Below are positions 44,495 to 57,554 of a DNA stretch of 64,000 nucleotides, piece by piece (position 1 is the stretch's first letter; every line of letters begins with the position of its first letter). The notes under the pieces were generated by a model. It searched no databases and was not told where the DNA came from. It saw only the letters and a list, made by a program, of their open reading frames with translations. The DNA is from the human T2T-CHM13v2.0 reference genome, Homo sapiens. The stretch is taken from the NCBI RefSeq assembly GCF_009914755.1, contig NC_060930.1. One strand, given 5' to 3'. Made by a program: the position numbers and the translations under genes.

Positions 44495-44840
44495 CATGCT
44501 TGGGCCAGATTCCTTCTTGCCTCAGGGCCTTTGCACATGCTGTTCTCTCTCTGGCTGCTCTTCCCTACATCCCACCCCCCTCACTTATCCTCTTTCCACA
44601 TTTCAGCACTCAGTTAAGTCACTCACGAAAGCCCCCTCAGACCCGCAGCCACATTGTTTTTCCATAGACATGCACTTACCTGGTCACAATCCCTGTTGTA
44701 ACTTACCACTGCATTGCATGTCATTCCAGCTAAAACGTAAACCCCCTCAGCGTCAGGACCCTCGTCTGCCTTGTCTATAACCCCAGACCCCACGCAGAGT
44801 ATCTGTCCTACACCTATTTGTGAGACCAGTGACTGAATGC
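44495..44840 (+). mobile_element. L2 3' fragment
   Basis: cctcagggcctttgcacatgctgttc. Confidence 0.65.
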
Positions 44841-46059
44841 AGGCAGGCAGGAAGGAGGATTTAAACCCACGTGTCTCAGACTTAAAGCCCAAATCCTTTT
44901 AATCACACCAAATTCCAGCGGAAGGAAGACCGTGAAGGAGGATGGACTTTGAGGTCACGATCACAGCTATCCGGCAGCTTTACAGAAACTCAAGTCTCTG
45001 CACTTTCCTGAAAACTCCCAAAAGCTTCGAGCAGGAGATGGCGTGGTAGGCTGGGGGCTTCCCTCACATGCTTGGCCTTCCATCAAGTCCATTCATAGAG
45101 GAAACTGGTTTCTAACAAGTCCACTTAGTCCTGAAGCTAAGCTTGTCATTTCATCACAGCTTTGCTAAGACAATTCAGGGTCCATACTCAACATTTTCAG
45201 GGTCAACTTCTGGGTAGGACCAGGCATTTATTGTGACACTGAATCTCCAACCCTTCCTCTGCCCACAGGCTGAGTGCTGCAATCCAACCATCAGAGCCTG
45301 CTCTCTTGGTTTGAGATTTTGACCCCTAATAATGTTTTTAATACCCAGGGAAGAGACAACTCCTTGTACTATAATCAGGCGTTTGTACCTCCAGGTCAAC
45401 AAACAGTGCGACAGCAGATTCACTGAGTTAAAGGCAGCAAGGAGGCTGGGCCGTGAAGTCATTCTGTGTGTGAGTGCCTATGTCTGGGGGGCAAGGGGGC
45501 CAGGCAGCATCTCAGCTCCTCCAAGAGGGACAGCAGGGCCAACGTCCACTAGGGAGGCTGAAATTCTACAGCATGCCCCAGGGCCTTTGTTCCACAAGTG
45601 TAAACAGCGATGCACAAAGCTGGTTACATTCAAAACAAACTCTGATCTTCACCTGCTTTCTTCACCCTGTTTTTCTCTGTCCCAGTCCTAGGGCACATTC
45701 TTCAGATCCGTGCTGAGTGTTTTCATCCTAATTAGCCATGAAGAGATGAGAAAGGTCTTACCAAGCAATGACCCGTCCAGCTCATAGCACCACCAGAGAG
45801 CACAGGATGCCCACGGGAGGGCAGGGTCTGCTCCAACCTCAGAAACGCACAGGCCCTGGCTTTCCTTCTGAACCCAGTCGTAGACACGCAAGCTGTGAAT
45901 CATACAAACTCCTCTTACACTCACTTAGAAATATAAATTTGTATTTATTAAAATGAACAGCTTGCTTCCTATGTAAGGAAACAAATACAAGTTTTTCTAG
46001 ATCAATCTCTAATATGGATTGTTCCAAAAATAGATCTCCAGTAACAGAGTCTATCTTTG

Positions 46060-46280
46060 GTGGGCCACATATCCTAGACACTGTGCTAATAGATTTATAT
46101 CCTTTATTTCATTTAATTCCCATATTGACCCAGACAAGTAGTTATTCTCTGTCTTCAGTTGAGTAAACTGAGGCTCAGAGAGGTCATGTGACTGGCTCAG
46201 AATTACATGGCTGTTTAGTGGTGTAGCCAAGTTTGAACTTGGGTCAGTTTGACTCCAAAGACTGTACAGTGACTGTGCTC
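46060..46280 (-). mobile_element. MIR
   Basis: gagtaaactgaggctcagagaggtcatgtgactggctcag...tttgaacttgggtcagtttgactccaaag. Confidence 0.75.
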
Positions 46281-46338
46281 TAGTGCTGCCTTTGTGACTT
46301 ATCACAGCAGCTCTGACATTTATTAATGCATAACTATA

Positions 46339-46819
<481 letters not shown>

Positions 46820-47114
46820 TCACTATCGAAGTATAGTCACAATTACTAATAGCAAGCAAGCAACAACAGAATGGCACTTGGACCTATCTGGATGAGATAA
46901 TCAGGGAAGGGAGTGAATGCAGTCAATCGCGGTTGCCAAGAGCAGGCTTGACCACTTTGTGTATGAGAAGGAAAACAGCCAGGCTTGCTAAAGAATCCGG
47001 GGTATTCCCGCCAACCTACCAAGGCAACCATAAGCTAGGCCCTGCTCAATGTCAGTTTTTCAAATTGATTATCAAGAAGATAATAAAGTCAATGAAGAAA
47101 TCTAGTCAAGCCTG

Positions 47115-47273
47115 TTAGATGTGCATGGTGGCATGTACCTGTTAGTCCCAGCTACTCAGAAGACTGAGGTGGGAGGATTACTTGAGCCAAGGAGGTTGAG
47201 GCTGCAGTGAGCTGTGATGGCACCACTGTACTCCAGCCTGGGCCACAGAAAGACACTGTCTCTTAAAAAAAAA
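47115..47273 (+). mobile_element. Alu right monomer (FRAM/AluJ)
   Basis: gtcccagctactcag...gtgggaggattacttgagcc...gaggctgcagtgagctgtgat. Confidence 0.85.
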
Positions 47274-47386
47274 TTGTGAAAACATAACTTTGTAGAGATG
47301 CTCCAGTCAATTCATCTCCAAAACTGGCTTCTAGCTCACTGTGATAGAGCCAGCCACGCAGAATGGGTGGTGTGGGTTCTGAGATC

Positions 47387-47450
47387 TCTGTGTGTGTGTG
47401 TGTGTGTGTTACAGAAAGGGGGGGAGGGGGGGAGAGAGAGAGATAGATAG
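47387..47450. repeat. Compound (TG)n / G-run / (GA)n / (GATA)n repeat
   Basis: Seen directly. Confidence 0.85.
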
Positions 47451-49645
47451 GGAGGTACAGGTTTGTAAACCCGACATATGAAGTAATGAATCCATCAGGA
47501 GCCCCACTCCTGGTGGCGCAACATTGTGCTTGATGGATGACGGGGCAGTGGTCCTGGGGGCAATGGGCTTGGAGAGGGCACACACTCCAGCATGAAATAT
47601 GGGAGCAGGATCCCTGGCAGAAGAAAGGCCAGGCATCAGGGCTTCACACAGAACAAGGCTGGTCCAGGCCAGGCTCTACCCATCAGGTTCCTGGGTGCTC
47701 CAGCAAAGCCAGTCGGAAGCCCAGCCTCCGCATGAGCACAGGGCAGGGGCAGAACAGAGCCAGTGCCCCCCAGGCCAGGTCTGTGTGACTTCCAGATACC
47801 CAGACCACAGCCCACCTGCTCAGTGGGGAAACTCCTGCCATCTGGCTGCTGCCCACTGGATGAGCTGGGATCTTCCAAATCTCAACTGCCACCTTGCTTT
47901 TGATGAGCCCAGAAACCAAACACCCTGCCCTCCACAGTCCCCAGGGGAGCCTGGCAGGGCTGTCCCTTATCCTTGGGTGCTGGCCCAAATGTGTTCCTTG
48001 AACAAATAAGCCAGACCCAGAGAATCTGTCATGTACACTTCCTCATTCTTTTCTTTCTGGTGAGCGGGAGGAGAAATTCCAGTGAAGGAGAGGAGCAAAT
48101 ACCCTCTCACGGCCACCCTGGGACTACTGAAGATCAAGCTGGGAAAGAATGAAGGGGTCATTTCCAGAGAAAATTCAGACTCCCTGGGGTACCCTGGGTG
48201 CTTGGGAAAGGCGTTAGCCTGTTCCAGACACAATGACACACTCGCTCAACGCGTGGTTGTTTCTCGTCTTGTGTGTGCAAGGCATCTTTTCAGGGTGGGA
48301 ATGCTAGCACTGAGCAGGACACACCAGGGCTCTGATCTCATTTAATAAGATCCAAGCGCCCCTGAAGGAGTTCCTGGGACTTTAAGCTGCTCAGCTCTTG
48401 TCTGGATGCAAATCACATGCCAAAGGAGTTTAGCTTAGAGAAAGAAGTTTCCAGGCCACATAACTCTCAAATCTGAGCAGGAAGTGCAGAGCAGTCTCGG
48501 ATAAACAGGCTGTGGATCCTGCCCTTGCAACTAGGAGTAGATTTGAAACTCAAACTCTCCATGAGTTGATGCTATCTGCAGGCGAACCAGAGACTGAAAT
48601 AGTCAGGGCCTCTTTGGACAGTGGTTAAGAAAATCTTCCAATACCCCACCAGGTAGTTGGTCTTTGACGTACCTTCTCACTACCCTTGTTTTGCTGTAAT
48701 TCCTTTTGTTTCTTTATTTTTCCTCCTTCTCTATCTGCTCCACCTTCTCTTCCTTCTTGATACTGTGTTTTTGTGGGATTTCTTCATGCTAGCTGATGTC
48801 TATTCAGGACTGAGACAGCATCTTATGTGTCTCTGTATACACAGTGCCTTGTGCAGTGCTTGGAATGCAGTAGGTGCTCAATAAAAGTCACTTCTTTCTC
48901 CTCCTCTTCCTGCCCGCTGTCAAGGGCTCTCCTTGGTTCCTCAGGCCTGCATGTGGGTGACAGCATCACATCACAGAAACACTCATGCCTCAGGGGTTGC
49001 ACAGTCACTGTCACCTCTCTGCCCACACTCTCAGAGGACTAATTTCATGGATTTTATTATAGACTTTTCTCCCCAAAATAGCAAGCTCCTGGGCTGACTC
49101 AGTCAACTCCATTTATGAAATGAAAAATATAAATTAGATGGGAACAAGGGTCAAGAAGACTATTTTCAATGAGTCAAAATTTCTCTTCAGTCACCTGACT
49201 GTCCCAGCGTGATTCTGAAGGTCCTGGCTTGGATGCGGTCTGTTTCCACTGAAACACATTAGCAGCTGAAATCAGCAGAGATCAAACCTGTCCTGCTGGG
49301 TTGTGTGGAATGCCAGAGGGATACCTGGTCATTAAGCTCCGTTTGAGTGAAGGAAAGAGGACTGCTTTGGAAAATAAAAATTTATTTTTAAAGCCACAAA
49401 AGTGAGGCCATTCCACGTCCTGCATAGTCCTGCACCTGGTCCTCATGGCTGTCACCATCACGAGTGGTCTCTCTACAGAAGGCAAGACCTTCACTCTAAG
49501 GACGCTCATATTCCAGAACTGAAACTGTTGTGATCAGCTGCTTCAAGGATCATTGCCACTTCTAGCACAGTCCCTTGCTTTATCAATAAACAAATTAGAG
49601 TGATAACCCAAAATACTTATGACAGAGAATTAAGATTAGGCCTTT

Positions 49646-50105
49646 GTGGGCCACCATGGATTGATCGCAGTAATGACCCTGATTTGTTCATGCTTCCCTG
49701 TATCCATGCCTTTGGGTAGTGTCTTCCAACATGGACACTGGACTTGACTCACCTCAGCCAATGGGATAGTACAAATGTGATGCAGAGGCTCGAAAAGCAC
49801 TTGTGCAAGGGCATTTGGCCTGACTGCTCTTGAACCATGAGTTGCCTTGTGAAAAAGCCTAGGCCAGCTAGATGGAGGCTGATTGACCACATGGAGCAGA
49901 AAGAAAAAAACCACCCAGCTGAGCACTCCCACCCTAGCTGTTCCTCAACAAGGCCAGCCAAGATCAGCCTACCCTGGCCCCAAAGAGCAGAACCACCCAG
50001 CTAATCCCAACCCATATTGCAGGCCCAAAGAACCAGCAGCTGAATAAACAGTTGTTTAGCCGTCCACTTTGGAGCTTGTCTCATACAGTAAAAGCTAACT
50101 GATAT
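49646..50105 (+). mobile_element. MLT1 solo LTR
   Basis: ccctgtatccatgcctttg; atgtgatgcagaggctcgaaaagcacttg; ends aaagctaactgata. Confidence 0.7.
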
Positions 50106-50129
50106 AAAGCCTAATTTCCTTCACATGAT

Positions 50130-50825
50130 AATAGAAAGAACCCCTACAAATCAATCAGGATCTCTATTCTGCAAATATATTCTCATGCATAAGAAATTTT
50201 TGAATATTCAGGTGTATCCTTTGCTACTTATTTTGCAATGGCAAAATATTTGAAATAATCTCACTTTCCATCAATAGAGACTTAACTGTATTCACACATG
50301 TTGCTGATGGAAATGCAAACTGTGGAAATTTGCAACATCTACCAAATTATCATCTACCCTTGGACCCAGAAATCCACTTTGGAAGAATTGCCCTATAAAT
50401 ATACCCACACATGTATTGTGAAAAGGTCATTCACTGAAGAATTGTTTGTATAATCAATAAAACATTGGAAACAGCCCACATCTATCAACAGGGAACTGGT
50501 CAGGGCATGTCCACAATGAACCACTGTACAGAAGCCAACCAAGAATGAGGAAGCTCTTTAAGAACAGATAGGAAAGAGCCTTAAGATAGCTTAGGAAAAA
50601 TAGCAAGGTATAGAGAAGTATACATAGAATGCTAACTTTTAAATTTGAAAACCACAGAGTGAGAATATATATTTTCCATGTATACTTATATTTGCATAAA
50701 AACTCTCAATGTATAAATAAGAAATTAATAAAAGTGGTTCCCTGGGTGGGGGTAGGGGTTCTGGGAAATGAGCAGATGATTGATAGGAGGGAGAAGGAGA
50801 ATTTTTACTATACACCTTTTTATTC
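50130..50825 (+). mobile_element. L1ME 3'-end fragments
   Basis: cccttggacccagaaatccactttgg; ttggaaacagcccacatctatcaacagggaactgg. Confidence 0.65.
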
Positions 50826-50829
50826 CAAT

Positions 50830-51350
50830 CATGTCTTTGCTGCCCTCATCACTCCACTAAAATTGCTCTTGTGAAGGTTGACAGTGACTTCTGCTGTGTT
50901 CAAATCTGGCATTCTTTTCCCATCCTCATCGTAGGTATAATAACTATCTCTTATGCGCTGATCTTTGGCTGTTCCTTGAAACACTTTCTTCATTTGGCTT
51001 CCAAGACTCCTCATTCTCCTCACTTTTCTCATATTCCCTGGCACTTCTCACTCTCCTTTTATTATTTTACTTATTGATTCATAGGGGTTCTTTGAATAAG
51101 AAAGAGGAGGAGGAGTTCTTTACACATGAAGGAAATTAGCCCTTGTGTCAGTTAGCATTTGCTGCGTAACCCAAGCTCACATGTGCCTCACTCTGCTTTG
51201 CTGGCACCTCTTAATATTAGGGAGCTCTAGGGCTCAGTCCTCAGAACTCCTTTCTATCTATACCTGCTCTCGTGGTGATCAAGTCCAGTCTCATGGCTTT
51301 ACATATTTCCTCTTTTGTTATGATCCTCCAAAATCTCCACCTCCAGATCT
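50830..51350 (+). mobile_element. L2 fragment
   Basis: actccactaaaattgctcttgtgaaggtt; cttgaaacactttcttcatttggcttccaagac; ccagtctcatggcttt. Confidence 0.65.
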
Positions 51351-51366
51351 GTTCTTTCTTCTTGGC

Positions 51367-51645
51367 CCCAGCATTTTGGGAGGCTGAGGCAGGAGGACTT
51401 CTTGAGGCCCAGGGTTCTAGACCAGCATGAACAACATAGCAAGACCCTGTCTTTATTAAAATTTTTAAAAAATTAGCCGGGTATTGTGGCACACACCTGT
51501 AGTCCCAGCTACTTGAAAGGCTAAAGTGGGAGGATCACCTGGGTCCAGGAGGTGAAGGCTGCAGTGAGCCATAATCACGCCATTGCACTCCAGCCTAGGC
51601 GACAGAATGAGACCCTAACATTAAAAACAATAAAATCATAATAAA
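51367..51645 (+). mobile_element. 5'-truncated AluJ
   Basis: caacatagcaagaccctgtct; gtgggaggatcacctgggtccaggagg. Confidence 0.85.
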
Positions 51646-53269
51646 ATATTGCTATTTGTATGTTATATTCCAAAATTGACACTTAATTGATTAGAATAAA
51701 TGATATGTTCAAATTATTTTTGGATAGAAAGAATGGATCTTGAATCTTGGCTGTAAGACCTGTCTAAATGTACTGAAGTGTCTAAGGAAGAATGTGTTAG
51801 GGGAAGGGCAGTCAGCCACAGTAGCATTGCAGAAGCAAACTTGTTCATTGCCTATCAAGCACTACCTGGTGGAGAGGAATCTAGAACAAGCCAACCAACT
51901 TTTGAGTGTCTAATCCAGCAGTCAGCCATAATAGTTCCATCCAAGAGGACACAGAGCACGGAAATCTAAGTGCCCTGTCTTCCCACCATCAACACTCCTC
52001 CTGGAGAAATGTTTCCCTAGTGAGCTGGGACTCTAAGACTAGGAAGAGGGTCCTCCCTCCTAACCCACATCTGAACATTTCAGTCACACTATAGGCAAGG
52101 CCACTCTGACATGAGAGATACTATGGCTTAGACTTCCATGGGTGATTTCATTCCTGTTGTCTCTTCATTCAACTCAGAGATTTCCAATAAACTCATTGCC
52201 TATGTCAAGTTTTCACTCGTCCACAGAGAGAAAGAAAAAGCATGGTATAGTCACTTTTTAAAATTGCTTATTGATTTTTTTTTTTTTTGGTGTGAAAATG
52301 CCCTCTGAAAACTCCAAAGTCTTTATACAATAATATTTCCAGTGGCATTAATGTAATTAATTCCCTCTATTACATTTTCTGTATTAGCAGAGCCAGATTT
52401 AGATCACTATTTGACTTTCCCCACTTGTAGGGAGTAAATATTCTGGCAGGACATGATTTCGAAGTATTCTGATTTTGGGGTCAGTTATTTCTATTGTAAA
52501 TACATAAATGGGCAGCTATTTTGGTGTTTGGACATCTGCCTCAAGACTGTTTAATATGAGTGTACCCACAGGAGAGAAGTTTGCTCTCCAGGTTACGATC
52601 TGCAAGACCAAGAGCATCCCCTTGGCCTGTGGCAAATTCACCACCCTTGGCCACCTCCCCACCACCCCATCCTCACCTCCACCCCCAAAACAGACAGGAG
52701 CGAATAACAGGAAGTGTAATGCTTTGCCCAGAATCCTAATAAAATTACTTAAGATATGATGTACTGCACATCAACCAAGCCCTTTAGAAGCAAAACTTAT
52801 CAAGTTTGAGCAGATCATCTATTTCCGAAGTGCTTCAGGTAGATAAGAGAGATAGACAGATGAAAATATAGATATAGCTTCAAGACACGTTATTATTGAC
52901 CATGAATGCCAAGTTATATAGGCTCCAGAGGAATTCTTTTAGCTATTGTCTGAAAAGTGTACACTTACATTCATTTGGCATTTACATGAAGAAATATTGG
53001 CAGGATATACCAGAAACTAATCAATTTTGGGGGGTAGAATAAGGACAGGAAGCAGAGTGATACTTTCTACAAAACCTTTCAAAGCTTTTTAATTTTTGGA
53101 CCGCAGGAATGTATCACCCATTCAGATTTTAAAAAGCAACACTGATATCTGCACAGAGCCTTGTTCATGTTGGAAGGTCTTTTGCATGAAGCATACACGC
53201 ATGCCACGTTTGGTTTTCTGTTCCCGCAACAGAAAAAATCAAATCTCCCCATCAATCAGAGGTCCACAG

Positions 53270-53800
53270 CGATTGTGTGTCATCACCATGGTTTCTAGTT
53301 TCTGTATTTGATGCTTTGACATTATGGGGTCATGCTGACCTTGGACTGTCCTAGGAATTAGCCAGTTCCTAGAGATGATAAAGGACTCGTCTGCTAGTTT
53401 GCTTGGCACATGCACGCCAATCCATCCATGAGCCCACATCCAACCACCCTTACTGGCTTTCATACTCTGGGCCACCATCCATCTACCCTAATCACCCCAG
53501 GACCAGGTACAAGACAACTAGGGACAGCACCTAGTCCGCGGAGCCTGCTGAAATTATCAAACTGACCAATCTTTGAAACTGCTTAGTCTGGCTCCCTATC
53601 TCCTCCGTACAGAAACCACAATAAAGACACTTGCTATGCCTTCCCCTGCTCCTTCTGCCTCCTGACCTACCCTGGTACTTCTCACATGGCTCCCCAGGGC
53701 ATATGTGCCCCCTCGACTTGGGATCTGCCTGTATAGCAAACTATCTTTTCAATGGCAGCCACCTCCTCATCTGTTGGCCTTGACATGCTGAAAAATACAG
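53270..53800 (+). mobile_element. MER74/MER54-type ERVL LTR
   Basis: gatgctttgacattatgggg...gctgaccttgg...tagccagttcctagagatg; gaaaccacaataaag. Confidence 0.65.
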
Positions 53801-54507
53801 TCTGCATTTTAAGTCCTTGGGCCTAGAGAATATTGGTCTGCAGAAGGCACAGAGAACACAGGACAGAAATTTTAGTTGCAATAAAAAGGCTTGTAATTTG
53901 ACAGAATGCTTCTAAAATGAAACCCAAGAATATGTTCTATCCCCAACAGGAGAAACTAGTGAAGGTTAGGACACATTGCTCAGGGCAGTTTGGCTGCCAA
54001 CACCCCCAGGTATACTTCTATTAATAAATGTCACAGCCACGAGAACTGTATGCTTATGAAGGAGCCCACAGTCAGCTCCATTACCAGGTAGCTTATGCTC
54101 GTGTGCCTCCCCACAAGGGAAGTGCTGGGGAGTGTCAATTCTGCAGGAATCACCACAAGCGGGACTAGGCAATGTTTACACTGCATTTTTCACTTTAGGA
54201 AGGCCTCATACATGAAAATGAGCATTTGTAACAAAACAAAGAAGGAATGATTCCTCAGCCCATAGTGTATGCTGAAAGCGCTTTTCAAATAGGAAAACTT
54301 AGGTAACTTACATGATTTGACGACAGGAATTTGTTTGAATTGCTCACCACTTCACAGGAGCCTAAGGTGATCAAGTGAAGTTAACGACAGCAGCCTTCAC
54401 ACAATTGTCAGTGACTAAGGGTAGCGTCCAAGCCCCTGCAGCCAAGGGTGTTAGTTGCCAGAGCAGCACGAAGAGCCTAAGTGAGTTAGGAAAGAAGCTG
54501 GTCCCTG

Positions 54508-56274
54508 TGTGTTGGGAATTGCTGGGTTCTTGGTCTGACTTCAAGAATGAAGCTGCAGACCCTTGCAGTGAGTATTACAGCTCTTAAGGTGGCGCGTCTG
54601 GAGTCTGTCCCTTCTGATGTTCAGATCGGTTCGTGGTCTCGCTGGCTCAGGAGTGAAGCTGCAGACCTTCACAGTGAGTGTTACAGCTCTTAAGATGAAG
54701 CGTCTGGAGTCTGCCCCTTCTGATGTTCAAACGTGGTTGGAGTTTCTTCGTTCCAGTGGCTTCGTAGTCTCACTAGCTCAGGAGTGAAACTGCACACCTT
54801 CGCGGTGAGTGTTATAGCTCTTAAGACAGCGCGTCTGGAGTTGTTTGTTTTCAGTGAGCTCGTGGTCTCGCTAGGCTCTGAAGTGAAGCTGCAGATCTTC
54901 ACGGTGAGTGGTACAGCTCATGAAAGCAATGTGGACCCAAAAAGTGAGCAGCAGCAAGATTTACTGCAAAAAACGAAAAGAACAAAGCTTCCACAGTGTG
55001 GAAAACAATCCCCGCGAGTTGTCAATGCTGGCTCGGGCAGCCTGCTTTTATTCTCTTATCTGGCCCCACCCACATCCTGCTGATTGGTAGAGCCAAGTGG
55101 TCTGTTTTGTCAGGGCGCTGATTGGTGCGTTTACAATCCCTGAGCTAGATACAAAGGTTCTCCATGTCCCCATCAGATTAGTTAGACACAGAGTTTCACC
55201 ACACAAGTTCTCCAAGGCCCCACCAGAGCAGCTAGATATAGAGTGTTAATTGGTGCATTCACAAACCTTGAGCTAAACACAGGGTGCTGATTGGTGTGTT
55301 TACAAACCTTGAGCTAGATACAGAGTGCTGATTGGTGTATTTACAATCCCTGAGCTAGACATAAAGGTTCTTCATGTCCCCACCAGAGCAGCTAGATACA
55401 GAGTGTTGATTGGTGCACTCACAAACCTTGAGCTAAACACAGGGTGCTGATTGGTGTATTTACAATCCCTGAGCTAGACATAAAGGTTCTCCAAGGCCCC
55501 ACCAGAGCAGCTAGATACAGAGTGTCGATTGGTGCACTCACAAACCTTGAGCTAGACACAGGGTGCTGATTGGTGTGTTTACAATCCCTGAGCTAGATAT
55601 AAAGACTCTCCACATCCCCACCAGACTCAGGAGCCCAGCTGGCTTCACCTAGTGGATCCCACACTGGGGCTGCAGGTGGAGCTGCTTGCCAGTCCTGCGC
55701 GTGTGCTCACATTCCTCAGCCCTTGGGTGGTCGATGGGACTGGGCGCCGTGGAGCAGGGGGTGGTGCTCGTCGGGGAGGCTCGGGCGGCACAGGAGCCCA
55801 TGGAGTGGGTGGGAGGCTCAGGCATGGCGGGCTGCAGGTCCCGAGCCCTGCCCTGCGGGAAGGCTGCTAAGGCTCGGTGAGAAATCGAGCACAGCACCGA
55901 TGGGCTGGTACTAGTGGGGGACCCAGTACACCCTCCGCAGCCACTAGCCCGGGTGCTAAGTCCCTCATTGCCCGGGGCCAGCAGGGCTGGCCGGCTGCTC
56001 CCAGTGCGGGGCCCGCCAAGCCCAGGCCCACCCGGAACTCCAGCTGGCCAGCAAGCGCCACACGCAGCCCTGGTTCCCGCTCGTGCCTCTCCCTCCACAC
56101 CTCCCTGCAAGCTGAGGGAGTGGGCTCCAGCCTTGGCCAGCCCAGAAAGGGGCTCCCACAGTGCAGCGGCGGGCCGAAGGGCTCCTCAAGTGCCGCCAAA
56201 GTGGGAGCCCAGGCAGAGGAGGCGCCGAGAGCGAGCGAGGGCTGTGAGGACTGCCAGCACGCTGTCACCTCTCA
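54508..56274 (-). mobile_element. LTR12C (ERV9) solo LTR, 1767 bp
   Basis: Minus-strand TGagaggtgacagcgtgctggc...caCA with TSD CCTG at 54504-54507 and 56275-56278. CpG-rich U3, tandem CCAAT/GATA units at ~55080-55600 and repeated U5 units. Confidence 0.95.
55020..55600 (-). promoter_or_regulatory. LTR12C enhancer/promoter: NF-Y CCAAT array, CACCC/GC box, AATAAA TATA-equivalent (55047-55052)
   Basis: About 8-9 ATTGG motifs on + within ~40-bp repeats; established ERV9 LTR architecture. Confidence 0.7.
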
Positions 56275-56429
56275 CCTGGAGGAATGTGCGGGCAAGAGTG
56301 AAAATTCACACATGAACCTCAACTGCTCTGGTATCGATTTTCTGAAATGACAGTTTAGAGGCTGACAATTCACAATTCTTTCACTTGGTCAAGTTTCTAA
56401 TATATTTTTGTTTATTTTTATTTATTTAT

Positions 56430-56760
56430 TGTCAACACCTCAAAATTGGGATATTTCACAAAGAAGAGTCAGATTTCTAGCTTTTATTGAAAAACTAGGA
56501 GATCTGGCCATACTGGGCCCATACTTGCAGGCAAAACAACCAGCTAAACTGAGCAGTGGTAGCTGCTCCCTTGATGCAGCGTCTGAGCGCTCCTGTTTGC
56601 CATAGCTGCCACCACTCCATACTGCTTCCAACAGTGATGCTGAGTGCCAGTAAGCATATATCTTTGCACCTAAAGAAACATTTATTTGTACTTATGGCTC
56701 TTTCAAGTGTGGAAATATAAAAAATGAACTTATGAGACCTATGTTTTTCCAGAAAAAAAA
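56430..56760. mobile_element. Ancient hAT-Tip100-like DNA transposon fragment
   Basis: attgggatatttcaca...cagatttctagctttt...gaaaaactaggagatctggccatactgggcc. Confidence 0.4.
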
Positions 56761-57554
56761 AAAAGGAAGCCAGAGAATGCTCTGATGTGCTTAATAGGAC
56801 AACAGATGTCCAAACATCTCACCCCTACTGGCAAGACCTCATTGCGCACGGACTAGTAACAGTAAAACTTCTTCAGTGAAGGCTGAGCAGGGGATGAGGT
56901 TGGGGAGCCAAATTTGAGTCTTGACAGAGGAACACAGCCTGAGCAAGGAGGTGGCCAAGGAAGCTGCATCACAGTGACCGAATGGCTGGGGAGAAGCACC
57001 TCTGTGAAACGGATGAGACGAATCCGTGAATCAATCCTTGAAAGTCAGATGGGCATTAATTGAACATGCTGATCACTTCTAATCTTAGCTACTAAGCAGG
57101 AAGCCTCATCCTTGCACAGAACTGAATTTGATGTGTCAAGAAAAGAAAGGCAACTGGTCAACCCCGGAGTGAGCCACCTACTAGCCTATTTGAAATTGAG
57201 ATGCTTTAAACAACACAGCTGGAAGGCAGAGGGAAATGCAAAACCAAAGGAAAGTCCATGTGCTTTGCAGCTGGGTCATCAAAGAGAATTCCTGTGGCTG
57301 CCAAAAAGAAAAATGGAGGAAAAGAAAAAAGCCTAAGTCAACCCCCGTCTCCCTCCAAAATAAAACAAGCTGTGTGTCCATTTTTCAATCTGGGCAGACC
57401 ACTTCCCTAGGGTAAGAACATAACACACTTTGTCACTCACGGAATGTGACAGGAAGAGGGGGAGGGACCAGGCCCCAGGAGTCAGTTTTAGTTTCCACCC
57501 TGTCCCAAGGCAGGGGACAGAAAGAACCACGCCTTTATACACAAACATCCTGGA

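Noticed and set aside
47503-47519. CTCF-like ccactcctggtggcgc
   Set aside because: Three mismatches in the core; too weak to call.
55080-55600. Array of ~40-bp repeats
   Set aside because: Known LTR12C U3 CCAAT/GATA enhancer repeats, not CRISPR or a new satellite.
55649-56350. Overlapping 130-157-aa ORFs
   Set aside because: Artefact of the GC-rich, stop-poor LTR12C U3.
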